Counted from the stretch's first letter, positions 10,450-18,353 are shown. The stretch: 32,000 bases of DNA from Nitrosospira multiformis ATCC 25196 (GCF_000196355.1 NC_007614.1:690001-722000), one strand, 5' to 3'. Notes: generated from the letters alone by a model not told the origin. A program made the numbers and translations.

Positions 10450-10463
10450 ATCCAGGAATCCCC

Positions 10464-11831
10464 TTAGAACGCCATCCAGCCGTTCAGATATACCGTATCG
10501 TTACCAGGCGCATTGCGGGAGAAGCCGTCATAATTGCGAAAACCTCCGTTGAACTGGAAGTAATGAATGTACTGCGCCGTAAGTTTGAGATTCGCAAACG
10601 TAGACAGGACGGAAGTACTCTTGCCGAATGGGATATAGCTCACCTCAACCGTAAATGCCTGACTATTTGGCTTGCCTGATAAACTGCCATCAATAGGATC
10701 GGGAGAGTATATGACATTATCCCGTGTGCCCGAGGTCTGGGCATACGCTAGATTGAGCGAATAAGTCTGGAGGAAAGTATATCCGCTTCTGACGCGAACC
10801 ACGTCCAGGCTTCCATGTCTTTTTTCTGCAAATCCCAATCCCACGCTGGCATTCAGGTCGCGGTGCTCCCGGATGTAAGTGGCATTGAGTTCAAGGATAT
10901 GCCTGGGATTCGCCAGATATTGGTAGGTGGCGTCAAACCCGAAATCGGTGTACTGGTCGGTACTCGCACCTTGAATCCGCTGTGGATTGGCATTTGCTCT
11001 CATGCCGAAGGAGCCGATGGCACCGTAATGGCCTTGCCAGTTGTTTTGTAGCGCCACCCGCCCGTAAGGCGCACCGCCATCGATCCGGTTTTGTCCCGCG
11101 TCAAACGTTCCAATCCCTTGCTGAATGTTCCGCGGAAGGCTGGTGTAGCCCCCTCCCTCAACGTATAACATATCATTCCACATCGTATAGACCGTTGCAC
11201 CGACGACTTGGCTGCCAAGAGACTCAATGAATAGTCCCGCAGCAGGGGTGGGGGCAAGTGGGGATGACGCCCAAGGGAAACCCCAGGCAGGAGTGGTGTT
11301 CCAGAGATCCTGAACGGTAGGGTTATTATTCACAGAAATGCCATAAACGAGGCGATTACCGGCCAGGTCGGCCCCATTGGCAAAACGAATATCGGTGTTA
11401 TCGAGCGCTCCCGTATTGCTTACGCCATCATAGGTCCCCTGCGCGAAAGCGCCGATTTTGGACGTAATGCGGCCAGCATAAAAAATCGAGGCTTCGTCGA
11501 TAGTTGCGTTATTGTTGGGGCCGAAGCGGTCAGCCGCGCCGCCAAGCTGGCCGTTATTGGTATGGGTAAACGAGCCGCGTATCATGCCAGTGATCGGGAT
11601 GAATTTGGTTCTATCGGGGTTCACATCGGTGTAACCGGATAGCTTGAAATTGCGTCCGATAGACGTAAGGAGCGGTCCAAAAGCCTGCACATGGCAGGTG
11701 CTGCACGGCATGCCGGTCTGGCGCGCAAAGCTGGGCACCGCTTTGACTTCGGCGCTTGATAGCGTAAGGAGCATTCCCGCCAGGATAAGAACGGGAGAGA
11801 TAACGCTTCTGGAGATGAGCATTTCCCGCAT
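10464..11831 (-). CDS. Outer-membrane beta-barrel protein with a single N-terminal CxxCH haem motif (Cyc2-like fused cytochrome-porin)
   Basis: A signal peptide (..LSSAEVKA) is followed by VPSFARQTGMPCSTCH. The next ~400 aa are rich in alternating aromatic/polar strands, and the protein ends ...YLNGWMAF (terminal Phe, an OMP signature). I am confident this is a real gene. The Cyc2 assignment is from remembered family architecture only. Confidence 0.6.
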   Translation of the reverse strand: MREMLISRSVISPVLILAGMLLTLSSAEVKAVPSFARQTGMPCSTCHVQAFGPLLTSIGRNFKLSGYTDVNPDRTKFIPITGMIRGSFTHTNNGQLGGAADRFGPNNNATIDEASIFYAGRITSKIGAFAQGTYDGVSNTGALDNTDIRFANGADLAGNRLVYGISVNNNPTVQDLWNTTPAWGFPWASSPLAPTPAAGLFIESLGSQVVGATVYTMWNDMLYVEGGGYTSLPRNIQQGIGTFDAGQNRIDGGAPYGRVALQNNWQGHYGAIGSFGMRANANPQRIQGASTDQYTDFGFDATYQYLANPRHILELNATYIREHRDLNASVGLGFAEKRHGSLDVVRVRSGYTFLQTYSLNLAYAQTSGTRDNVIYSPDPIDGSLSGKPNSQAFTVEVSYIPFGKSTSVLSTFANLKLTAQYIHYFQFNGGFRNYDGFSRNAPGNDTVYLNGWMAF

Positions 11832-12308
11832 CTGGCGGTTCCAGCGCTAAATACTCGAGTGGACTATAGGACTAAAGCATAGTAAATGTTGAGAAAATGT
11901 CCAGTTGAATGCACTGAAATTGTGAAGCTTAACCGCATCCACCAGTGGGATGCGTGGCACGTCAAAAACGCGCAAGAAGGATGTCGGTGATGCCCAATGG
12001 TTGGCAATGCTGGCGTGTGTTGGTCTGCTGCGTGGAAAAAGTGAGCGAAAAGCTTTGGAGAGGGGTGCAGGTATTGGGCCAGGAATCGGAACGCTGTATT
12101 CAAGCCGAGCCCACCAGCAAACAGGGAGAAGAAATTAGGCTGGCTTGGCTGATGTAGAGTACCGGGAATTGGCCTTCGGTTGCAATTTAGGTGTAATCGC
12201 GGCAGGCAGGGCGCCAAAATTCCCTGCTTAATGCAATCCACGATACTAAAATTTCCAATAAGAGATATCCATCTATCCACAGCGCAGCGAACCATTGGGG
12301 AGGTGCAC

Positions 12309-12911
12309 ATGAACACACATTCTGATTCAGCGGCGCAGACAGACCCTCGCCGGTCTTATTTGACCTTCCAGGATATTCTGGAAACGGTGAGCCACGAACC
12401 AGGGCAAGGCCATTTGCTTGAGCAAATCGAAAAAATTGTAAGGGTCCAGCAGCGGGAACGCTTATATGGCATTCTGTCGCAAATCTCGGAAGACCAACTC
12501 CTGCCTGTACAGGTCTTGCTCGAGCGCGACCTGCCGCAGAGGGGAAAATGCAATTCGGCCTATAACCGCTTTCGTATTCCATCCTGGAAAAGATACGACG
12601 ACATCTATTGGCAATCGCTAATCGACTATACGATCCTTGCGCTTCGCACATTCAAGGAAATCGACTTCTGCGCGATTCGCGGGAAGCTCGTGCTGCATTA
12701 TTTTGATATTCCCGGTGGGACGTCCCGAGTTCAAGATGTCATCCGAAGACTGGTCTGGCTGATCGATAATGACCATTTGTCCGTCGACTTTACGCGATCC
12801 CGTTGGATGGAAAGCTGGAGTCATACTGTGGCAAGCATGAGCCGTGAGGAAATATTCACGGCTGCCAGCATCGTCGAGGTCGCCCCTAAATTGTTGCTGA
12901 GTGGAGAATAG
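12309..12911 (+). CDS. Hypothetical protein, no recognised domain
   Basis: A 200-aa ORF starts at ATG 12309, preceded by GGGGAGG, and has coding-like composition. It ends 32 nt before the MaoC-like gene on the same strand. Confidence 0.5.
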   Translation: MNTHSDSAAQTDPRRSYLTFQDILETVSHEPGQGHLLEQIEKIVRVQQRERLYGILSQISEDQLLPVQVLLERDLPQRGKCNSAYNRFRIPSWKRYDDIYWQSLIDYTILALRTFKEIDFCAIRGKLVLHYFDIPGGTSRVQDVIRRLVWLIDNDHLSVDFTRSRWMESWSHTVASMSREEIFTAASIVEVAPKLLLSGE

Positions 12912-12943
12912 TATTGAATAAGCTAGAAAATGAGGCGACAGCA

Positions 12944-13417
12944 ATGCCCCTTCCCCGGGATGCACCACCTGCCCGTTATCTGGACGATATGAAAGTAGGG
13001 TTGCGCTTCGCTGGAGATCCACGTGTCGTGCAGGAACAAGAAATCATTGCTTTTGCCAGGCAATTCGATCCCCAACCCTTTCATATTGACGCCGCCCTGG
13101 CTAGTCAAACTTTATTTGGCGGCCTGATCGCCAGTGGCTGGCACACGGCAGCCATGACGATGCGGTTGCTGCTTGAAGCCTTCCCTATAGGGGATGGCAC
13201 GATCGGACTTGGTGGCGAAGCGGCTTGGCCCAATCCGGTGCGTGCCAATGATGCCATTCACATCGAAGGGGAAGTCAGCGCCGTCAAACCTTCACGGTCG
13301 CATGATGATCGCGGCATTGTCACGGTCCGCACTGAAACCAAAAACCAGAATGGTGACGTCGTACAAACCTTGACAGCCAATCTTCTTGTTTTTCGCCGCA
13401 AAAGTAAATCCGCATAA
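12944..13417 (+). CDS. MaoC-like (R)-hydratase/dehydratase, hot-dog fold
   Basis: FARQFDPQPFHID...GGLIASGWHTAAM...G(E)V..V...R....GIVTVRTE is a typical MaoC_dehydratas pattern. ATG 12944 with an upstream GAGG is preferred over TTG 12914. Confidence 0.8.
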   Translation: MPLPRDAPPARYLDDMKVGLRFAGDPRVVQEQEIIAFARQFDPQPFHIDAALASQTLFGGLIASGWHTAAMTMRLLLEAFPIGDGTIGLGGEAAWPNPVRANDAIHIEGEVSAVKPSRSHDDRGIVTVRTETKNQNGDVVQTLTANLLVFRRKSKSA

Positions 13418-13485
13418 AGTAACCCCTGACCCCCTTCCGTTATCTCCGGCTCAATTAGCATACCTGATTTGATTACACTCAGAAA

Positions 13486-13507
13486 CTAGGCTCAGGACTC
13501 ATTAATT
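13486..13507. repeat. IS terminal inverted repeat (left end of a second IS427-group element type)
   Basis: ctaggctcaggactcattaatt matches the reverse complement of 15596-15617 at 20 of 22 positions. Confidence 0.7.
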
Positions 13508-13688
13508 TCATGATTCACGAATAGAATCAGATGTGATTGACAATCCCGAGCTGAGCGAGAAGGAAGGAAATGCTCAGTGGGGTTTTCTTAGGGCATTTCT
13601 CGAACTCATCTATATTTATGAATACAGCTGACTAGGGCCTGTTCACAGTAGTTGATTTGTGTTTACATCCGGAATTTGGATGTGGGTC

Positions 13689-14443
13689 ATGGATCGGGAC
13701 ATGTTGAGCGATGCGCAGTGGGCTCGTATTTCGGGACTATTGCCGGGCAAGCCAACCGACAAGGGAGGGCGAGCGGCGGATAACCGGTTGTTCGTTGAGG
13801 CGGTGCTATACACGGCGCGGGTTGGAAACCCCTGGCGCGACCTGCCGCCGAAGTTTGGGAACTGGCATTCGGTGTATGTGCGCTTCGCGCGCTGGGAAGC
13901 CAACGGCGTGTGGTCGCGTGTTGCCGAAGCGCTCCAGGGCGAGGCCGATCTGGAAGAGCTATTCATCGACTCAACCGTCGTGCGTGCGCACCAGCACTCG
14001 GCTGGCGCGTCAAAAAAAACGGTAGCGATCAGGCGATCGGCCGCTCGCGTGGTGGGCTGACTACCAAGATCCATGCATGCGTGGATGCCTTGGGCAATCC
14101 ATTGCGCCTGATCCTCACCGGTGGCCAAGTAGCCGACATTACACAAGGGCCCGCACTGATCAATTCCATCAAGACTGATGCAGTTGTCGCCGACAAGGGA
14201 TACGACAGCCACGTGTTCGTCGCAGTGATCACCGAGACGGGGGCTGAGGCCGTCATCCCGTCTCGGAGCAACCGATGCGCCTCGCGCGAGTTCGATCGGG
14301 AGCGGTACAAAGCGCGTAACCTGGTGGAGCGATTCTTCAATCGGCTCAAACAATTTCGTCGCCTCGCGACCCGCTACGACAAACTCGCCAACCGCTTCAA
14401 TGCTTTCTTGCATCTGGCTTGCGCCTACATCTGGCTACTGTGA
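13689..14443 (+). CDS. IS427-group DDE transposase, OrfA-OrfB joined by programmed -1 frameshift
   Basis: OrfA reads MLSDAQWARISGLLPGK...NRLFVEAVLYTARVGNPWRDLP (DUF4096-type N-terminus). OrfB reads GRSRGGLTTKIH...ADKGYDS...RYKARNLVERFFNRLKQFRRLATRYDK (DDE_Tnp_1). The frames overlap at the A8 run 14012-14019 and OrfB is in the -1 frame. The start could be 13689 or 13701. Confidence 0.9.
14012..14019 (+). other. Slippery A8 heptamer-type -1 ribosomal frameshift site of the IS transposase
   Basis: In the OrfA frame tca aaa aaa acg reads SKKT. Shifted by -1 it reads V KKN GSD, which continues the conserved transposase sequence. Confidence 0.7.
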
Positions 14444-14601
14444 ACACGCTCTAGCCCCTATGCTTTACGGATGCGAAAAACTACCGGCTTGTCTCCAGGA
14501 AGATCCGGGAGAACAAATGACAGCCCTCTTTTGATTATGGATATGTCACGAGCAGCTGACAAGCAAACAACGTGATGCCCTGAAGATCAACCATGCGTGG
14601 C

Positions 14602-14883
14602 TCAGTCGCCATCCTCATTCTCCTGCGCAAGTTGCGACTTGAGATGATAGGCATCGATGTCAAAGTCTCTGCTGTCCGAGACCGCGGCCAGTACTAGGGG
14701 TGTAACGCGCTCCCGCTCCTCCTCGGTCTCGAAGTTTGTGAAGTTGGCCGCAGCTGCCTCGGCGAACAGTTTCTCCGACAGCCGCTTTGCCTTTACTTCA
14801 TAACTCTCTATGTCGGAATTGGCGCCGGGAGGGATGTTTTCCTCGATCCATGTCTTGGCCCACCTCAGGAAGCGATTGCTCAT
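14602..14883 (-). CDS. Small acidic protein, DUF768-like
   Basis: 93 aa from ATG 14883, with a G-rich RBS upstream. The N-terminus MSNRFLRWAKTWIEENIP... and acidic C-terminus resemble DUF768 proteins as I recall them. It sits between IS fragments. Confidence 0.45.
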   Translation of the reverse strand: MSNRFLRWAKTWIEENIPPGANSDIESYEVKAKRLSEKLFAEAAAANFTNFETEEERERVTPLVLAAVSDSRDFDIDAYHLKSQLAQENEDGD

Positions 14884-15129
14884 GACTGCCCCCCATCTTC
14901 TGTGTTGAGTTCGGCGCCCGTCGCCCCTCATGGGAGCATTTTACTCATGATAAAATAGGTTATCAACTGTAAAAATCCACGTAAACTCGTCCTCATTTCT
15001 ATCTTAAGTGAGTTCTTGCTGGGAAAACACGGATATTAGCTTGAGGAGGAAGGTTAATCATGCCTGATGGAAGTAAGCCTCAATAAGCGCTTAATTTTTT
15101 CGGGTACTTTATGAGATTCTTTCTTTTTT

Positions 15130-15601
15130 ATGAAGGATTTGTTTTACCTGTCGGAAACACAGTTCAACCGTATAAAGCCATATTTTCCCTTGTCTCACGG
15201 GTTCCCCGGGTTGATGATCTGCGGGATCATCTACGTGATCCGCAATGGCCTGCAATGGAAAGATGCGCCCAGGGAATACGGGCCGCACAAGACACTGTAT
15301 AACCGTTCGTGCGCTGGAGCCGACTGGGCGTGTTCAACCGCATCTTTGCGGAACTGCCTGGTAAAGAGGAAACGTCCGACCGCTGGTAATCGATTCCACG
15401 CCTCTTAGGGCCCACCCACGGTAGCCAGCCTGCTAAAAGAGGGGATGTTCCCCGCCCGGTCGCACGAAGGGCGGCCTGAACTCGAAGCTTTATGTGGTCT
15501 GCCACGCTAGGGGAAGCCTGTGGCCATGCTCCTGTCGAGGCGCAGATGAGCGATTACAAGGGAGCACGTGTGCTGCTGCCGTCATCTTCTATCTCAATTA
15601 A
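15130..15601 (+). pseudogene. IS427-group transposase pseudogene
   Basis: The N-terminus MKDLFYLSETQFNRIKPYFPLSHG is followed by frame switches (PRVDD in another frame, then IIYVIRNGLQWKDAPREYGPHKTLYNR). Later remnants read GRTKGGLNSKL..., MSDYKGA and a terminal VIFYLN*. In-frame stops are present and the DDE core (D..GYD..RYDR) is missing, which indicates an internal deletion of ~350 bp. Confidence 0.75.
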
Positions 15602-15617
15602 TGAGTCCTTAACCTAG
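15596..15617. repeat. IS terminal inverted repeat (right end)
   Basis: aattaatgagtccttaacctag is the inverted partner of 13486-13507. The transposase remnant's stop lies at or inside this repeat. Confidence 0.7.
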
Positions 15618-15619
15618 AT

Positions 15620-15916
15620 TCAGTCGGGATCAACAAAACCGCCTTGACCTACCCGACCGCCCTCAGGCGGCTGGCCACCTTTATAATTCTCGGTCTTCAT
15701 CAGCTCTTGCTTTGATTTCTTCTTTTCCTTTTTTTTTGCTTCGTTTGTTGCATCACTCTTATTCGAAAGCTTTTCTTCGGTTACTACCGGTTTTGGCGTA
15801 TTTTCACCGTTAATATTTTGCGACTGGGCATTTACCATACTTATGGAGCCCAGAAGCAGGGTGTTAAAAACAATTGCTTGAAGCTTTTTACTTCCAAAGG
15901 AAAAGAGATGGTTCAT
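15620..15916 (-). CDS. Small secreted Lys-rich protein (hypothetical)
   Basis: A strong AAGGAG RBS precedes ATG 15916. The signal peptide reads ...ISMVNA/QSQ. The mature part is low complexity (KKKEKKKSK, GGQPPEGGRVGQGG). The surrounding patch is AT-rich. The stop lies 2 nt from the IS end. Confidence 0.55.
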   Translation of the reverse strand: MNHLFSFGSKKLQAIVFNTLLLGSISMVNAQSQNINGENTPKPVVTEEKLSNKSDATNEAKKKEKKKSKQELMKTENYKGGQPPEGGRVGQGGFVDPD

Positions 15917-16087
15917 GGCGGCTCCTTTATTTAACTTTTAACTCACTTCATTCAGATGCATTTCTACTATGGATTACGAATTTGCGACGAAGGGACCGAC
16001 TTGAGTTTGCCGGGTGAATCCACTCCGCCCCCTTCATGAGTAATGCATTAAGGACTGATCCAGTGTGATTCAAAGAATCTCTGGCGA

Positions 16088-17563
16088 TCAAGGCTGGCCG
16101 GCTCCGGGCAGATTGAGGAACTCGCGCCGCGTCTTTGGTCCGTAGGTGAGGAAATGCGGCTGCGGGTGTTCGAGGTAAGCAAGCCGTTCGTGTGCAATGC
16201 GGTCGCGCCCGGTATATTTTTTTACTTCCTCCAGGCTGATCGAATAAACCCTGGCAGCATTGAGACCAAAAATCTTCGCCCGGAGCTGTGGAGTAATTTC
16301 CGGGTAGTCGTACCTTGCGCGTAATTCAGAGGCGATCTGAAAGGCGCGAAACGCCTGGATCTGGTCTTGCGGCGAGCCATACCAGATAGAATCCGTCCCC
16401 CACAGGACATTATCCTCCCCGCAATACTTCAGTAGCTTCCCCAACACGTGCGCTGCGGCTTCAGGGTTGCGCATCAGATATCGCCAGGTACTGCCGAGTT
16501 CGGCGTAAACATTCCTGTTGGGAGGAACATCATTGTCGATGAGTGAGCGGATCAAGGTATCAACGCCCTCATCTGCGCCCTGTCCCTGGAAGGGGCCCTC
16601 GGGGACACTTGTTACGAAGCCTGAGTGGTAGACCAGAAATGCAACATCAGGAAATCTTTTGGCTGCCACGCCGATGTCGGTACATTTGCTGTGCTCGTAG
16701 GATTGCCTGCCGAAGGGCAGGCCCTTGTGCACGCAGATTACTTTCACCCCGAGACTGCGCGCCTTCTCGATAAAGCGCGTTCCAGTTTCATCCGACAGAA
16801 AGTAGCCTTTTCCTTCGGGCCCGAATTGCGTGTAAGTCTTCCAGGCGGATACGCCCCAGCGGTCCTTCAACTCATCCATCCGCTCCAGGTCACCTTGCTG
16901 ATTGGGGTTGACACGTCCGTGCAGCAGCACGCGGTGTGTTCCTTCCATTCTGTCGACGATCCTGCGCACTGCATCCGCCTCCTGGATGGTAAGCGGCTCC
17001 GCATCGGGCCGCGATGGTACGAAAGAGAGCACCATCATATCCGTATCCGAGTCAAGGAACACGTCCTTGATGAACTCATCCGGTCCGAGGCACTGTAAAT
17101 AGCTATGTGAACCTGATTCCAATCCAAGGGCGCATTCGGTCTTGGGCATTTGGCTCAAAGGTTTTGCACCGGGAACAAGCTTTTGCAGCCACGCGCCTTT
17201 CGGGTTCACAAAGTGGCCTTGCACGTCAAAAATAAATTCGCCTTTATCGCCAATCTCCGCCTGGGCCAATGCAGGTTCGAGCGCGGCTTCCTTTGTCAGA
17301 TCGAAAAATCCGCCTGTCCTGCCTGCGGCCGCATTCGCGGCATTGAATGCAAGAAGGGTGGAAGCGGCATCGCAAGCGGAAATGAGAAAATGCCGCCGTG
17401 AAACTCCTGTGCGTTTTGCGTTTGTATCAGCCGCTTCGTGGGCGAGACGATTCGCGGCAAGATTTGCAGGCGATAACGGGACCGGCGCGAATTCTCCGTT
17501 GGAGGTCGTGTCGAGCTTGATCGGCAGGCGATTACCGTCGGGATCGAGCTGAACTGGGTTCAT
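16088..17563 (-). CDS. Amidohydrolase_2-like (TIM-barrel metal-dependent hydrolase) with internal twin-arginine-like motif
   Basis: 491 aa. SRRHFLISACDAASTLLAFNAANA is followed by a domain with HG..NP, VHKG and WGTDS patterns typical of PF04909-type amidohydrolases, as recalled. Confidence 0.75.
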   Translation of the reverse strand: MNPVQLDPDGNRLPIKLDTTSNGEFAPVPLSPANLAANRLAHEAADTNAKRTGVSRRHFLISACDAASTLLAFNAANAAAGRTGGFFDLTKEAALEPALAQAEIGDKGEFIFDVQGHFVNPKGAWLQKLVPGAKPLSQMPKTECALGLESGSHSYLQCLGPDEFIKDVFLDSDTDMMVLSFVPSRPDAEPLTIQEADAVRRIVDRMEGTHRVLLHGRVNPNQQGDLERMDELKDRWGVSAWKTYTQFGPEGKGYFLSDETGTRFIEKARSLGVKVICVHKGLPFGRQSYEHSKCTDIGVAAKRFPDVAFLVYHSGFVTSVPEGPFQGQGADEGVDTLIRSLIDNDVPPNRNVYAELGSTWRYLMRNPEAAAHVLGKLLKYCGEDNVLWGTDSIWYGSPQDQIQAFRAFQIASELRARYDYPEITPQLRAKIFGLNAARVYSISLEEVKKYTGRDRIAHERLAYLEHPQPHFLTYGPKTRREFLNLPGAGQP

Positions 17564-18054
17564 GGGGGGATGGATTCATGCGGACAGTTTCCCAAAAAGG
17601 AAAGTAAACATGGAATTTCACAAGTTGAGTCAGTCTGCCTCAACTTCAGGGTAGTACGTCAGATCGGATTTGGCAAAGAGATCCGCCCTCCCTTTCGTCG
17701 CCTCCCTTTCCGTGGTTGCGATCTGCGGTATCTTGATGGGGATATATTGTTGCTTCTTCAGGGTTTGATTTTCCCTTTGTTTCAGGTGCGATGCTATCGA
17801 GTTCATCGGATCAACCCAGCCAGTTGATCCCTCAATTCTCTTTTTCCGACAATTTTTCAATTGGATTCAGCAAGAACTTGCCTATGGGGCAGATGAACGG
17901 TTCTGCACGGGGGTATACGATTGACCCGGATAGCAGGCTACCGAGGTGGAGGTGCTCAAGCTCGCGGCAGCGATGAAGTTATTTCCGCGTGGATTGAGCA
18001 GATGAGTGAAGCGTAATCCGGGAGTCAGTGGGGTCAACTCTGGGAGAAGCCGAC

Positions 18055-18080
18055 AAAAAAAGCGGCACTGCCGCTTTTTT
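18055..18080. terminator. Bidirectional rho-independent terminator
   Basis: The sequence is aaaaaaagcggc-act-gccgctttttt. The GC stem is flanked by an A-run and a T-run, so it reads as a hairpin plus U-tract on both strands. It lies ~15 nt downstream of the 6S RNA 3' end on the minus strand. Confidence 0.75.
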
Positions 18081-18094
18081 GCCTTTCCTGAATA

Positions 18095-18275
18095 AAGTCC
18101 CCGCAAATGCCGTCAGGTCGTTTATCTTGAACCTTAAGGTTCAAGGTGGTCACTCGCCGGATGCATCAGGCACTTCCGCATGGGACGCGCACAACAGCAT
18201 CACTTTGGTTCGCAACCGGTTCTCAAAAAGTTGGTTCAAAGAATATAGACCTTGACAAACACCGCAGGGAACAAC
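18095..18275 (-). ncRNA. ssrS: 6S RNA
   Basis: It lies immediately downstream of zapA on the same strand, the conserved proteobacterial position. The minus strand reads 5' GUUCCCUGCGGUGUUUGUCAAGG ... CACCUUGAACCUUAAGGUUCAAGAUAAACGACCUGACGGCAUUUGCGGGGAC 3'. That parallels E. coli 6S (..CACCUUGAACCAAGGGUUCAAGGGUUACAGCCUGCGGCGGCAUCUCGGAGAUUC). The 5' and 3' ends pair to form the closing stem. Length is ~180 nt; the ends are accurate to about 5 nt. Confidence 0.7.
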
Positions 18276-18353
18276 TCTTATCACTTCCGCGGATATTCAG
18301 CTTAACCCGCAAATGCGACATCTGTTCAGTTGCTTCAAAGTTTGATTTCCTAT

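Larger units (their letters stand above)
13632..14454 (+). mobile_element. Intact IS5-family / IS427-group insertion sequence (~823 bp)
   Basis: Terminal inverted repeats ctagggcctgttcacagtag (13632-13651) and ctactgtgaacacgctctag (14435-14454) match at 18 of 20 positions. CTAG lies at both extremities, consistent with the CTAG/TA target preference of this group. The transposase stop lies inside the right IR. The two-ORF transposase is listed below. Confidence 0.9.
15040..15617 (+). mobile_element. Decayed IS427-group element (second type) with internally deleted transposase
   Basis: The right IR lies at 15596-15617. The leader and ATG at 15130 are homologous to 13548-13612. The left IR is degenerate and its boundary uncertain (possibly ~14990). 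Confidence 0.65.

Noticed and set aside
10246-10467. A 73-aa plus-strand ORF between the CapA-like gene and the cytochrome-porin gene.
   Set aside because: It has no RBS and odd composition. It runs through the hairpin that more likely terminates the convergent genes.
11933-11970. A hairpin (cgcatcc-N7-ggatgcg) followed by TGGCAC, which could suggest a sigma-54 promoter upstream of the cytochrome-porin or orphan genes.
   Set aside because: The TGGCAC is not followed by the TTGC element at the required spacing. The hairpin has no U-tract. Both are too weak to call.
15060-15086. An eight-codon mini-ORF (MPDGSKPQ*) behind a very strong GAGGAGGAAGG Shine-Dalgarno-like sequence.
   Set aside because: The same gagRaggaagg..atgc segment recurs at ~13555-13575 in the other type b IS copy. 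It is therefore part of the IS leader sequence rather than an independent leader peptide. A function is possible but unsupported.
17630-17860. A 76-aa minus-strand ORF in the gap between the amidohydrolase gene and the 6S RNA terminator.
   Set aside because: It starts at TTG, or at an internal ATG with no convincing RBS. I recognise no motif. It cannot be supported as a gene from sequence alone and is kept only as part of the unexplained gap noted under the 6S finding.
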